Assembly (NCBI GenBank): GCA_951406725.2
Contig: OX597835.1
Span: forward strand, 49,848,001 to 49,912,000
DNA length: 64,000 bases
Direction: 5' to 3'
Source of the DNA: Octopus vulgaris
Taxonomy: Eukaryota
The position numbers and the translations under genes are program-made. The notes beneath the pieces are model-generated. The model searched no databases, was not told where the DNA came from, and was given only the letters and a program-made list of their open reading frames with translations. Shown here in pieces: positions 1 through 14,320 of the stretch (position 1 is its first letter; each line of letters begins with the position of its first letter).

Positions 1-49
1 ATCAGGGATGGGATGGGATGGAACTAAATAACGGTAACAACAGTAACAA

Positions 50-81
<32 letters not shown>

Positions 82-680
82 ATAACTTTCAGAATAACAA
101 CAGAGGTAACAACAGCAATAACTATAACGACAACAGCAACATCATCATTGCCTCATCATCATCGTCTTCAATCATCGTCAATCGTTATAATTTCATAATA
201 GCCACCAACTCGCTGGAGACTGCTCTCCCACCAACAAAGAACGCTTTCGATCGCTTGTTAGCGCCATTTTGTTTAATGTTTCTCCTGTCGCCGCCGACAT
301 TTTAATGGCCACTTCATGCCAACCTGTCTCGTTGGCTCTGTTAGAGGAGCATCTTTAACATCAACATTGCCGGCTCCATTATCATCGTCGTCGTCTTCCT
401 CACCGTCATCATCACGGTCGTCGTTGTCATCACCACCATTAAGTTCGAATATAAAATTAAAAGGGATTTCTAAAAGAAAAAAAAAAACAGAAAGAACCTT
501 AGTGATAATAAGGATGATGAATATCATCATCATCGCCATCATCGTCGTCATCATCATCATCATCGCCATCATCGTCGTCGTCATCATCATCATCATCATC
601 ATCATCGCCATCATCGTTGTCATCGTTGTCATTTATTATCAGCATCGTTATCATCTCCATCAATATTACTATTGCTCTTA

Positions 681-910
681 CAAGGCGGCGAGCTGACAAA
701 ACCGTTAGAACGCCGGGCGAAAGGCTTAGTGACAGTTCATCTGTCTCCATGTTCTGAGTTCAAATTCAGCCGAGGTCGACTACGCTTTTAATCATTTCGG
801 GGTCGACAAAATAATACCAGTTGCGTATTGGGGTCGAGGTAATTGGCTTACACCTTCCCTCGAAGTTGCTAGCTTTGTGCCAAGATTTGAAATCAATATT
901 AAATTTGGCG

Positions 911-915
<5 letters not shown>
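681..915 (+). mobile_element. tRNA-derived SINE family A (representative; about 20 copies, e.g. 6487-6710, 12425-12625, 25000-25210, clusters at 38910-40060 and 53045-54250)
   Basis: ggcggcgagctg..gttctgagttcaaatt (B-box-like)..tttcatcc..gtcgataaaataagtaccag..gccttgtgccaaa; (ATT)n tail; many dispersed copies. Confidence 0.85.
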
Positions 916-969
<54 letters not shown>

Positions 970-2064
970 CGTAGTCGTATCGTTGTTGTTGTTGTTGTTT
1001 TTTGTTGTTGTAGTTTGTGTTGTCATTGTTGTTGCCGTTATTGCAGTCCTTGTTCTTATTACTAACATTGTGATTCTGTAGCGGTGACGGGGTTTGATAG
1101 AGAGTCATCATTGTCGTTGCTGTTGTTTCTAGCAAATGACACATTTTCTAGTTACCTTTATTTATGTCCCTTTACCTGTCATTTGAAATGTTTTGTGGGG
1201 TTTCCTTCACCTCTTCATCTTTCCTGAGCTGATAAAACAAGTTCCAAGGAGTTCCCGATTGAGAAAATTATCGACATACACACACACACAAACATATGCG
1301 ACAGGCTTCTTTCAGTTTCCATCTACAAATCCTCTCACAAGCCTTTTGGCCGGCCTGAGGCTATAATAGACGACACTTGCCCGAGATATCACGCAGCGGA
1401 ACTGAACTGGAAACCATGTGGTTAGGAAGCAAACGTCTCACCACACAGCCACGCTGTGCCTACATCTTTATATATATCATTGAATATACATTAATTTGTA
1501 CATCGAACTTAACTTGGATGTACTTTGTAAACGCCATAAAATGCAGTAATTGCATAGACGAATATTGTCAAAAAGTACCAGTCGTCGGTACCGGTGTATC
1601 ACGTGATTTCAGTATATTTTCGCATCATCAGCAATAGACACCCAAACACCGAATGGGGGACTGAGATCTCGTCAACCCGAGATAGTTTAACTCTAAACAG
1701 TCAGTGATGTCGCAAAAAGCTGGCGAGGAGCTGCAGCGTATAAAGAAGCAACTTATGGTGTTCACAAAACTCGTCCAAGTTGACTGTAAAAATTACTCTC
1801 CGTTACAAAGAATACTTCCGTTGTTAAGAGCGAATGAATATTTATTTATGTTATAGGTTTCTAACATCGCAGTTGAATACTTTGTTATACAGTGTGGCAT
1901 TGAGCAATCTGCATCTCTCTATATAAATTATGTGGATAGGCAGAGATTGATATACATATATGCACGTACATACATACATGCATATATACATACATACATG
2001 TATTTGTGTATGTATGTATGTATGTATGTATGTATGTATGTATGTATGTATGTATGTATGTATG

Positions 2065-2096
<32 letters not shown>

Positions 2097-2143
2097 AGAA
2101 GAAGAAGAAGAAGAAGAAGAAGAAGAAGAAGAAGAAGAAGAAG

Positions 2144-2177
<34 letters not shown>

Positions 2178-2760
2178 GCAGCAGCAACAACAAAAACATA
2201 ACAAACAAGTAAAGAAAAAAAGAGAGAGAGCTGGCAGATTAAATGGTTCCAGAAAACTTTCGAAGTTATTTCCAGTATATGAAGTATACTGTGAAGGGCA
2301 ACCCTGCATCAACACACACACACACACACACAAGCATACGCGCGCGTACGCGCACACAAGAATACACACATACATACACACACACACCACCCAATAGCAT
2401 CAACCGTACTCAAGGCTGATGCAACCAATTGAATTCAAGAACTATTTTCCATGGAATTTGAAAGAATATGTGGAGTAAAATGATGATTCCATGATAAGAA
2501 AGAAGAAGTTATGCCACAGAAATATATTTTGAAAACAGTGTGTCTTGCGCTCTAAGACATTCGTAGAATAAAAGAGAAACAGTCAGGAGACAATAGGAAA
2601 GGATTGTCACGAAGGGAGAGGCCGGGAAGGAAGGGGGTGAGATATTTCACTTTATGTCAAGATCTTTGGATAGGGAGGGGGATGCGAGTAGAGTTTGTTC
2701 TTTCTCACAGTGAATCAACTAGATAGCTTTACCCCGTTGTTCAGCTGTAATAGAATTCAG

Positions 2761-3021
<261 letters not shown>

Positions 3022-3333
3022 CGGACACGCACGTACAGTACCGGGGAAAAGGGCGACGGTTTATCTGCATGATTACAGTTGATATATGCACTTACAAACA
3101 CGCGCACGCACACATGCACGCACGCACACACACACATTAATGTTCTCACACACATTTATTTACTTCGGTGGTACAGAAGTATTTTTTGACTTCTATCATT
3201 AGTGGTATAGGTACTCATTTAGTACCCTTATGTATATATGTACATATCTAATATTGTATGTATATATTTTATTAATTTGCCTGTATGGCTGGTAATTCGC
3301 TTACCATTTGTGATGGTATTTTAATAATACCAT

Positions 3334-3374
<41 letters not shown>

Positions 3375-3376
<2 letters not shown>

Positions 3377-3549
3377 GGAGTAAACACATAAATGTGAAAC
3401 AAGGTGGAAAAAAGAGTACTCAAATACCAGGGGTAGAGTAATACGCTTTATTTAAAGCAGCAGAAAATTCAACAAAAACTGTCCGATGAACGGCAAAAGG
3501 GAAACTCAGAGTAACAGGTTTTGTTGAATTTTCTGCTGCTTTAAATAAA

Positions 3550-3550
<1 letters not shown>
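3375..3550 (+). mobile_element. Small fold-back element in (TA)n with degenerate hammerhead core in the loop
   Basis: 37-bp inverted arms 3446-3482 and 3514-3550 enclose CCGATGA..GAAAC TCAGA GTA; (TA)n on both sides; related decayed copy near 47860-48030. Confidence 0.65.
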
Positions 3551-3608
<58 letters not shown>

Positions 3609-3658
3609 TGTGTGTGTGTATGTATATGTATATATGTATATATATGTATATGTATATG

Positions 3659-3690
<32 letters not shown>

Positions 3691-5781
3691 TGTATGTATG
3701 TATGTATGTATGTATGTATGTATGTATGTATGTGTGTATGTATATATACATACACAAAGAAAGAAAGAAAGAAAGAAAAAGAGAGATAGACGGCAGAGTA
3801 AATAATTTCAGAAAAATTTCAGTGCTATTTCCAGCATATTAAGTGTCCCGTTTAGAGCAACCCCCGCATCAACCTCCCCCATCACAATACACACACACAC
3901 ACGCGCGCACACTCAATGCCATCGATTAGTTGACGTCAGAACTTGACTGAGTACCGTACTTGACTGGTACTTTATTTTATCGAACCCAAGGGAATGAAAT
4001 GCAAGGCTGATCTAGACGAGATTTGAACTCAAAGCGAGGACAACTACAGCAAGGCATGTTGTCCGACGGTGGGCCGCATGTGCCAATCCAACGTCATTTC
4101 CTGCAACAATGCCATTACCATTAGATTTGTTAAATAATCTGGTTAATCTTCTAATCACTTTCAGTGAAGAGATCTTTAACTGAAGGTCGTAAGCATATTT
4201 GTCTCAAACTTTAATCCGCCATGCCGAGAGTTATTGCAAAGAACAATACACGATGGCATTGGCGACATCGTCAAAGCGAGGAACCCCGGGAAGACAGCAC
4301 CAGAAAATGTAAACGAAATCTTATTAGAGGGAGAAATCACATTTTCTTGGAGTTCTGAACCCAATAATGACTTCTGTAATTACTGGAAAACGTCGGAATG
4401 GTCCTTCTGTTAGCTGATATGAACTTTATGAAACAAAGCATGAGACCAACTCTATTCGACGTTTAATTATTTCACAATGAAACAATTTACGCTCGAGGAC
4501 AACGCTTGTTGAACAGAATAGGTAGGTTGTTGATTGTAATGTTATTCCCAGAGGTGAGAACATGACGTAAATAACAGCACACGAACGGCATATTTAAATG
4601 TAATATGGAACCACACATGTCTGTGACGATTATGACACCATGTTTGATAAGAGACAAGCTTCGGCCAGCGGGTAGCCATTTGTATCAGCTTGCAGTGAAT
4701 GAGGTCGACTGACCACACGCTGCTGCTATTGCTGCTGCTGCTGCTGCTATCCCTGACCAGAGAAGTAGCTACGAAAATAGTAATGTGGTGGTGGGGGGGG
4801 GGCGAGAACATTTGAAAGACAGTTTTAATTAAAAGTTTCGAGAAGATATTGATTCGTTTCAAAAACCACAGCTGCAGGACTCACCACTTTTAACAAGACG
4901 CATGTAACATGTAACACACATGTGTAATATACTGAAGTGTCAAACTGCGATTAAACTGAGATTATCTACGTGATTAGTAATCAAAAACTACTTCTAAGCG
5001 TGTTTAAAATTGTATTAGTTACAAACAAGGGGAGACAATTTCAATAACATTTGAATTCCGGGCACTTTTCCTTTGTAGTTCCTTGTTTTTAAAATTCAAA
5101 TATTTTGAAGAAAAGATTATCTCCCTTGTAATAAGTTGCATCACTCAAAGGAACCAAGTGTGTTTGAGAAGGACAATGCAGCTGAGAGTAAATATTGTGT
5201 TTGATGCTGACTGGCGAAAGCAATGGGCATGTTTCGGCTTCTCTTGGGTCTCATCGGTGAGCCATATCCAACACAGATTAAAAACCTTGGAAGTGGCCAA
5301 TAGATAGATAGACAGATAGACGGACAGACAGTCAGAGAGACAGACAGATAGATAGATAGACAGAAAATTGATTCACTGACTATGGATATTAGCAATACGG
5401 CAGAAGGAGAACACCAAAGGAGAACGTTCTCATGGCTAAAGTGGACATACGGAGGAATTTAATCAATATAATATAATGAGTTGAAAAGATTCGACGACTG
5501 AGAGTTTCCTTTGCAATTAGAAGGTAAAACCCCCCGCTAAGTATGTTTAGAATCTAAAAACAATTCAATGTGCTTCGGAATGATGATTGTAGATTTTGAA
5601 AAACCGAACATTGACCGAGTGAAGACTATCAACGATGTAGTGATTGTTATCAAACGTAACAAATTGCTACATTTTGCACCAAAAAGAAAAAAAACTGAGA
5701 AAATAAAATGTTTGCAAGAGAGAGTGTAGCTTCTGACCAGCGAGCCAGAAAGTGAGACAGCGGTACAGAGAGAGAGGGGGG

Positions 5782-5831
<50 letters not shown>

Positions 5832-5998
5832 CACAGACACACAGACACACAGACAAACACACACACACACACACACACACAGAAATGACCCGTGTGCTTA
5901 AAACACTTGCTTGAAATAGCAGCCAGATCTCTCTCATATCACATCCGACTGTCTTAAAAAAATATATGACAATGTTTCAAGCGTATCATCATCATTAT

Positions 5999-6061
<63 letters not shown>

Positions 6062-7244
6062 TTTAATGATTGTCATCATCATAACCATTGCCATCACCAT
6101 CGTCGTCATCAGCAGCAGCAGCATTATCATCATCACCATCATCGTCATCAACGTCGTTGCCACCATCATTAAATCTGGGGTGCACTGTTTTGGGTAGTAA
6201 AAGACAGGATGGTCATGACTGGAACGCTTTAATGATACATCTGCCAGATCTATGGCTAAACAACGATAACATGACAACATGAATAAAGGTGCCTTTATAC
6301 AGTGCTAGAGATAACAGCCAAATACCTCCCAACTCACTTCTTGTATTCTTTAAAAAAGGAAACATTGGACAATATACTCTAAAACATGTCATAAAAGGCT
6401 GGGTGGACACGATTGGAACGTCTTTGATCGAGGATATTGTTTGTTAAACAAAATTAATAAAAAAGGAAGAACAGGTTTTAATATTGAAGCAGCGAGTTAG
6501 CGGACTCGTTAGAAGTCCGGACAAAATGCTTAGCGATGATTCGTCCGTCTTCACGTTCCGAGTTCAAATTCCACTGAGGTCGGCTTTGCTGTTCATCCTT
6601 TCGAAGTCTATAAATTGAATACCAGCTGAATACTGGGGTCGATGTAATCGACTTACTCCATTCCCCCGAAACTTGCTGGCTTTGTGCCAAAATTGGAAAC
6701 CAATATCTAAACCTGCATAACCTTGTATCTGAATAATTGACAGGAGGGTCACGGTCGGAATACATATGAGTTGAGACCGAGTGTATCATCATCGCCATCA
6801 TCATCACCATCATCATCACCATCATCACCATGACCACCACCACCAGTTGCTTTCCGTGCAAGTGCTTAGAAGGTCAGTCTCACTGTGCGGCGGCACCTTG
6901 GGCAGGTATTTTCTACAACAGCCTCCGAACTGGCCAATGCCTTTTTAATGGATTTGGCAGGTGGAGACCGTACGGAAGCTCTTGAATATATATATAAATG
7001 TGTGAGAGAGAGAGAGAGAGAGAGGGAGAGGCAAGGATTTTTTGGTTGCGTCTCGCCACTTGACAACCGGTTTTCGCTTTTTATTTCCCTGTAAACTAGC
7101 GGTTCATCAAAAGGATATCGATAGTGAAGCGATTAACCAACCCAACGACAACATCAATGACACTCACGGCACCGGATATCCACTGTCGGCACCATCACCC
7201 TTATCATCATCATCATCATCATCATTATCGCTATTAGTGCTTTA

Positions 7245-7295
<51 letters not shown>

Positions 7296-7444
7296 GTGCT
7301 GCTGCTACTGCTACCGCTACTGTAACGACAATAATATTATTTTGCTTGAAGTCTGAACAACTGAATAATTCATGTCAGTCATCTTAAGAAGATATTCATA
7401 TATGTACATAATACATGTATACACACACACACACACACACACAT

Positions 7445-7476
<32 letters not shown>

Positions 7477-7540
7477 GCATATGTATATATATATACATAT
7501 ATGTATATATACATACATATATACATATATACATACATAT

Positions 7541-7597
<57 letters not shown>

Positions 7598-7717
7598 AAT
7601 ACATACATATATACATATATATATATGCGCATGCACGCACGCACACAAAGAGAAAAAGGAGTGAAAGAGAGACAGGGGTTGTGTGTGTGTGGGTATGTGT
7701 GTGGGGGGGTATGTGGG

Positions 7718-7765
<48 letters not shown>

Positions 7766-8937
7766 CTTGGACAAAACGGACAGTCTTGTTTGAAAGGAAT
7801 TAAGGCTTGCGAAGTAACTTGACCACTCCGTCATCTTCGTGTCTTGCTTAACACTCACTGATAACAACAACAACAACAACAGCTGCAACTAATACAGTTG
7901 CAACCACTACTAACAGCACTACTACTACTACCACTACTACTACTGCTGTTGCTACTTCTTCTTCAGTGATGACATCAAATAACAATACTAAACTGATGAC
8001 AGATTCAACATCAGAAATAGTAACGACGACGATGACAACGACAGTAACATCAGCAACAACCAGACACCATAACAACAGCCAACAACAACAAGAACAACAA
8101 TGACAGTAACAGCATCATTAGTATTGACGATCACAGCTATAAGAATAAGAACGACAATGGAAGACAAAGCATTCTTGTTGGAAAGACGGGAAGAAACAAT
8201 ATGGCCGAATGGTCAAAAAGTTTTGGGTTGAACTTGATTGGCGTGTTGGACAAGTGTCAGGGTGACCGAAGCCTTGTCAGTGTAATTAAATGGAAACTGT
8301 AAAGAAGCCTACCCTCCATCACCCCCGCTCGATGAAATGTATAAAGTATAAAGTGCCACGCTGGTTTCACCAGAGATATTTATCAATGGTACACATGTCT
8401 ACGGAATACTCAGCCACTTGCACGTGAACCATTTTTGTTTCTGTATTTCTGTTGAAATACACTTGTTTTGTTTTAATTACTTGTTTCAATTATGAGACTG
8501 AGGCCATGCTGGGGCACCGCCTTGAATTTTTTTGTTGAATGAATCGGCTCCAGTACTTTTTGTTTAAGCCTGATACTTATTCTATCGTCACTTTTGTCGA
8601 AACGCTAAGTTACGGGGACGTAAACACCCTAACACCAGTTGTCAAGCCGTGGTAGGGAGATACACAGACGCAAAGACACCCACACACACATCGATATATA
8701 ATTATAAGGCGTAAGGATCTAAGTGTAGGAAGTTTGTAAGTTTCGAGCAGTCTGTGGTATAAAAAAACAGCGTTCAGGAACAATAATAATTTACAGGTGT
8801 CGAAGGTTGTAGGCTTTTCCCCCATATCGAAGTTTAATGGGGTGAAAAAAGAATTTTTATAGCTCACGGTTATCAACTTAAGTTGCCATGTATGCGCATA
8901 AAAATCCAGACTGAGGGAGTGGAACAGGTAAAACTCC

Positions 8938-9020
8938 GGTTACATATGTTTCCTAGCTAGCATATCCTCTGATGTAATAATTATTCATCGAGGGGTATTC
9001 ATCTAGCTATTCATCAGGCC
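8938..9020 (-). ncRNA. Type I hammerhead ribozyme motif with long stem II
   Basis: Minus strand reads GGC CTGATGA ATAGCTAG...(nested hairpin)...CTAGCTAG GAAAC ATAT GTA ACC. Stem III is palindromic (ACATATGT); stem I is short with one mismatch. Confidence 0.72.
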
Positions 9021-9357
9021 AAAGAAACATTATTTATATAAAGAGCAGATTGTCGTTCGTTAAAGAATCCCAACTCACCGAAGATAGAATTTGAAATGAG
9101 AGGCGAAGCCGGAAGATCAGAGTAGGAAAACCAAATTTAAAAAATATATATTTAAAAACAGGTAAAAAAACAACAACAAATGTTTGAAGAGAGAGAAGGG
9201 AAAAAAGAGCGAGATAATATGGCGATAATCTTCCCACCTGGATTCCTCTTCTAGCCACTTTTTACCCCACGGACTTCGTCTTCGGTAAAGATTTCGGAGC
9301 GCTACAAAGTGTTTTCAATATTGAACAGCTCTGGTTCTCGCCTCTTGACTAAAAATA

Positions 9358-9441
<84 letters not shown>

Positions 9442-9777
9442 CATGGCTTGGCTGTGATGTGTGGTTAGGACGCTTGACCCCTCTGCGCAGAAACCTGAGC
9501 AAATGTCTTCTTCTGCCACAACCCTCGGTCGACCAATACTTTGTGACTGAATCTGCGGCACGGAAACTGCGTGGAAACGCGAGCGTGAATGCGTTTCGCT
9601 GTTTGACAACCGGTGTTGGTTTGTTTCAGCTAAAAATCGAGGCTTACAGCATAAGTTCCAGACTTTGAAATAAACACAAGAGTCGACTCAGCTGACCAAA
9701 AACCTTTAAGGTGATGCTCAAGAATGGCCGCAGTCAAATGACTAAATTAAGTTAGAGTATACAAGTAGATAGACAGC

Positions 9778-9875
<98 letters not shown>

Positions 9876-9993
9876 TATCCAACTATCTTTCCATTGATCA
9901 GTGTCACTGCCTATCTATCTATCTATCTATCTATCTATCCATCTGTGTATCTAACTATCTTTCAATTTATCTATCTATCTACATCTACCTATG

Positions 9994-10051
<58 letters not shown>

Positions 10052-10847
10052 CATCTACCTATGTATCTGTCTATCTGTCTATCTATTTATTCTTCGCTCC
10101 ACTCTCCCGAACATGAGTCAGCCAGAATCAAGCAGGCAAACTAAGAAATAATTCATGATAATGGCCGTCCTTATAAATAAACAATAAGGCAAAAATCAAA
10201 GGTAAACGTCAAAAGACTGGGTTTGTTACTTGTTTGAGGTGGGGGATCGGTTGGTGGTTGGAGGATGAGGTGAGTGTTGAGGGGGGTTGAAGAGGGGGGA
10301 GGGCGTTTTGTATTGATGTAGCGGCTGCGTCGGACATTGATAAAATGGCGGCAACAATAAAAGACTGAAACGTGGAAGAAGAAGAAGAAGAAGAAGAAGA
10401 AGAAGAAGAAGAAGAAGAAGAAGAAGAAGAAGAAGAAGAAGAAGAAGAAGAAGAAGAAGAAGAAGAAGAAGAAGAAGAAGAAGAAGAAGAAGAAAAAGAA
10501 GAAGACGACGACGAAAAAGAAGAAGAAGAACGAACGAACGAACGAAGAAATGGCGATGGCGGCGGCGAAGAGAACGCAGACGAAGAAAGAGATGTAAACG
10601 AAGAAGACCGATTGGTTTATTTGAGTCAGTTTTGGTCAGTTTTATAATCCTCCATCTTGGAAACTTAAGTCTCTTCTTTCTTTCTGCCTTTCTTCCTTCT
10701 TTTCTTTCCTTTTTTTCTTCCTAACGCTTATTCATTCTCGCTACACAGCCTCTCCTCCCCATCTCCTCCCTCTCGCTCTTCACTCATCTTCTTACACATG
10801 CATACAATCATGCGTACGTATACGCACACATGCACACACACGCACAA

Positions 10848-10879
<32 letters not shown>

Positions 10880-11078
10880 TAGGTGTATGTGAGTTCGTGC
10901 GTGCGCGCGACTTTGTACGACCTACATGCTGTTGCCCTTAAGTGCTCGGATGTCAGGACAGAAAGCGGAGTCCGATGGCGCTTTTCCTTGAATACAATGT
11001 CTGTGTGTTTGTGAGTATACGTATATGTCTATACGTATGTATGTGTATATATATATATGCGTCTGTGCACGCGGTCGT

Positions 11079-11135
<57 letters not shown>

Positions 11136-12878
11136 TGTCTTTGCAACACGAACTTACAAGAATTACAGGATATCGTTTAGTTGTGTGGTCAACGGAAAAA
11201 CAACGCAGAATGTTCTGTCGCCAAAAAATAAATAAATAAATAAAAGCAAAAACGTGAAGAAGAAGAAGAAGAAGAAGAAGAAGAAGAAGAAGAAGAAGAA
11301 GAAGAAGAAGAAGAAGAAGAAGAAGAAGAAGAAGAAGAAGAAGAAGAAGAAGAAGACAGGAGGAGGAGGAAGTGAAGGAGGTGAAGAAGGAGGAGGAATT
11401 TTAATACCGTAGCTTGTGAGGGTGGATGGCGGTGGGTAGGATTTGAAGCGGGGGCCGAAAAATACCCTGCTGAAATGTTGATCCTGTCAAAGACCAACGT
11501 AACCCCTTTAAAAATCGCCGACGAACGTCAAAAGTTAATCTGGCTTAGGCCCCTTAATATCGTATTTAACTTAATCTTCTCCGCTGGTTTTTACCTGCTG
11601 CCGTTGAGCAACAATAAGTAGAAAGATGTCGTCTGCTCCTAAGTGTTGCCTATTTGCTTCTTCTGACACTCCATTCTTATCATAAGTTGATGATGATGAT
11701 TTTCATGATGACGACAACGATGATGATGATGATGATGATGGTAGTGTCTTCTTTCTTTCTTCTTCCATTTCTTTCTTCCTTCCTATCATATTCTCTTTGT
11801 TTTTCGTCCATTTCTTCTGATTCTTGTCCTGTTTCTCTTTCTTCGCCTCCTCTCTCTTTTCCTCTTTCTCCTCCTCTTCCTCCTTGCTTTTCGTCTTTTC
11901 ATATTCCTCTTCCTTCCTTCCTTCCTTCTTCTCTTTCGTTTCTTCTTTCTTCTCTTTCTTCAACTTCTTTTTATTTTTTTCTATATTTCCCTTCCATATT
12001 TTCCTTCCCATTTCATTTCTCCTTCTTCTTCTCCTCCTCCTCCTCCTCCTCCTCCTTCTTCTTCTTCTTCTTCTTCTTCTTCTTCTTCTTCTTCTAGAAG
12101 AAAAAAGACGATCGAGTGTGACACTATATTAATAGTAGGATAATGGTGGTCGCCGCGGCGGCGGTGGCGGCGGTGGCGGCGGTGGATGGTTGTGTCAGCG
12201 GTGGTGGAAGTTAGAAGGTGGGGGTGGAGTTGGATGAGGAGAGAATTACTGTGTAGTCTTTTACTTTGTTGTTGTTGTTGCTGTTGTGGTGGTGACGGTT
12301 GAGATTAAAATGGTTGAGTATCGGACTGGTGCGTTTTGGTGGTGCTGTTCGTTTCTCTTGCAATTGGTTTCAGTTGTAATGGTCATTTTTGTTGTTGTTG
12401 TTGTTGTTGCTGTTGTTGTTGTTGGGGTGGTGAGCTGGCAGAATCGTTAGGACGCCAGGCAAAATGCTGACCGGCATTTCGTCCGTCTTCATGTTCTGAG
12501 TTCAAATTCCGCTGAGATCGACTTTGCCTTTCATCCAATCGAGGTAGAGCACCGGGGATTGATGTACTTGACTTACCCCCTACCCCGAACTTGCTGGCCT
12601 TGTGCCAAAATTCGAAACCGATATTTTTGTTGTTCTTGTTGAGGTTGTCGACCTACCTTTTTTGTTTAGCTTTTTTTTATTTCTTCATATTCATAGTCGT
12701 CTTTTTTTATCTTCTCCATCATTTTCTTGTTTCGTCTCTTTCTTCCACATCTCCTCCTCCTCCTCCTCCTCCTTCTTCTTCTTCTTCTCTTTTCTCTTTT
12801 TCTTCTTCTCTTATTTTTTCATTGTTTTCTTCTTTTTCTTCATTGTTTAGTGTTCGCGATTTGTCTTTTTATTTTCTT

Positions 12879-12920
<42 letters not shown>

Positions 12921-13919
12921 ATTCTCGCTCTTCTCGTTTCTTTAAACTCCTCCACCTCATCCTAATGCCCAACCCTTTCTAATTCTTAAGTGCCCTAAAC
13001 TATTCCATATGACATCCTCTTTAGCCAGATTATCAACGCTGACATCCTATCAACACGTCGGATTAGCACTTTCAGTCACGTGATGTCCTACAGTCAGAAA
13101 GAAGAGGACACTTCATATTACTCAATCTATGATTATTCTCTTTAATCTAAGCTCTCATTCTCATTCTCATTGTCTCCTTTTCATTCTCATTGTCTCATTC
13201 TCGATCTTAGAACTTCCTTCTTCTTCTTCCCTCATTCTCCATATCTCATTTTCCTAATCGTCTTCATTCTTCTTCTCACGTTTTCCTCGTCTCCTTATCT
13301 CTTTCTTATTTTTCTCATTCTCATAATCTCGTTCTCATTGTTTCCTTCTTCTTGTCTCCTTCTTGTAAACTCGCTCTCAAAGTCTCCTTTTCACAATCAC
13401 CTTCGTTCATGTTATTTCATTCTCCCTGTCTCGATCTTGTGTTGAAATAGATGTTGTTTATAACTTATATGTTGGCTATATAGGAAGCTGTTTTAACCTT
13501 TAAAACCAGAGGCTGTCTTAAACAACAACAATAATCTCTGAAATGTATCACCCTATAATTTACAATATTAAAAATCGCAATGCAGAACAGCGAAAAAACC
13601 CTTCATGTTAGTCCCACGATCCTATCGAATGCGTGTGATCAAGTGGTTAGGGTGTTGCACTCGGGTCATTAGATCGTGATTTCAGTTCCTGAAGTGGGTG
13701 GTGCGTTATGTTCGTGAGAAGAAAAAAAACACTTCGTTTCACGTTGCTCCAGTCCACTCAGCTGCAAAACGGACCACCCTGCGACTGATTGGCGTTCCAT
13801 TCGAGGAGACTGATGTGGTCTCGGTCACTTACGCACCATGGAAGCCAGCCTGGTGAGTTCTAGACCCCAAGAGAGACCTATTACTACTATACTACTGTCC
13901 TACAACTCAACCTTTTCTA

Positions 13920-14320
13920 CTGAGACTTACAGATGTATTTGAGAAGCTGATTTCGCCCTTCGACGGCGGACATCATCAGTTGGTGTCCCAAGAATTCTAC
14001 ATGCATACGGCCATCGTCAATTGACGCCCGAGAGTCAACTTCGTCAAATGCGCCAAAGCGTGGGCGACCCTTATCAATAATTGAAATCAAGTTGCAAAGT
14101 TGGAAGATTTCTACAGAGATGAAGAAGAAGTCTTTTCTGACTTCTTCCATCATCAGATGAGACAGATGCTGATGAGGATCGAGACAGCATAGAAGAAAGT
14201 GAGACTCAGACAACCTTTGAGTGGAAGAAATGCACCTATTTTGCCTCATTTGTACATTTGACAACAGCAATGCAGGAATCCCAAACGAATTCATGCTCAC
14301 GCCGGGTGCAAAGGAAAGTG
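13920..14320 (+). mobile_element. Decayed mariner N-terminal fragment
   Basis: ..RESTSSNAPKRGRP (DAPRSGRP-like); multiple stops. Confidence 0.4.

Noticed and set aside
5220-5262. Minus-strand CCGATGA GAC..GCC GAAAC AT GCC
   Set aside because: Possibly a dead hammerhead, but U16.1 is lost and stem I is absent; too degenerate to call.
14170-14215. CTGATGA...GAAAGTGAGACTC hammerhead-like words
   Set aside because: Stems I and II cannot pair; lies inside a mariner remnant.
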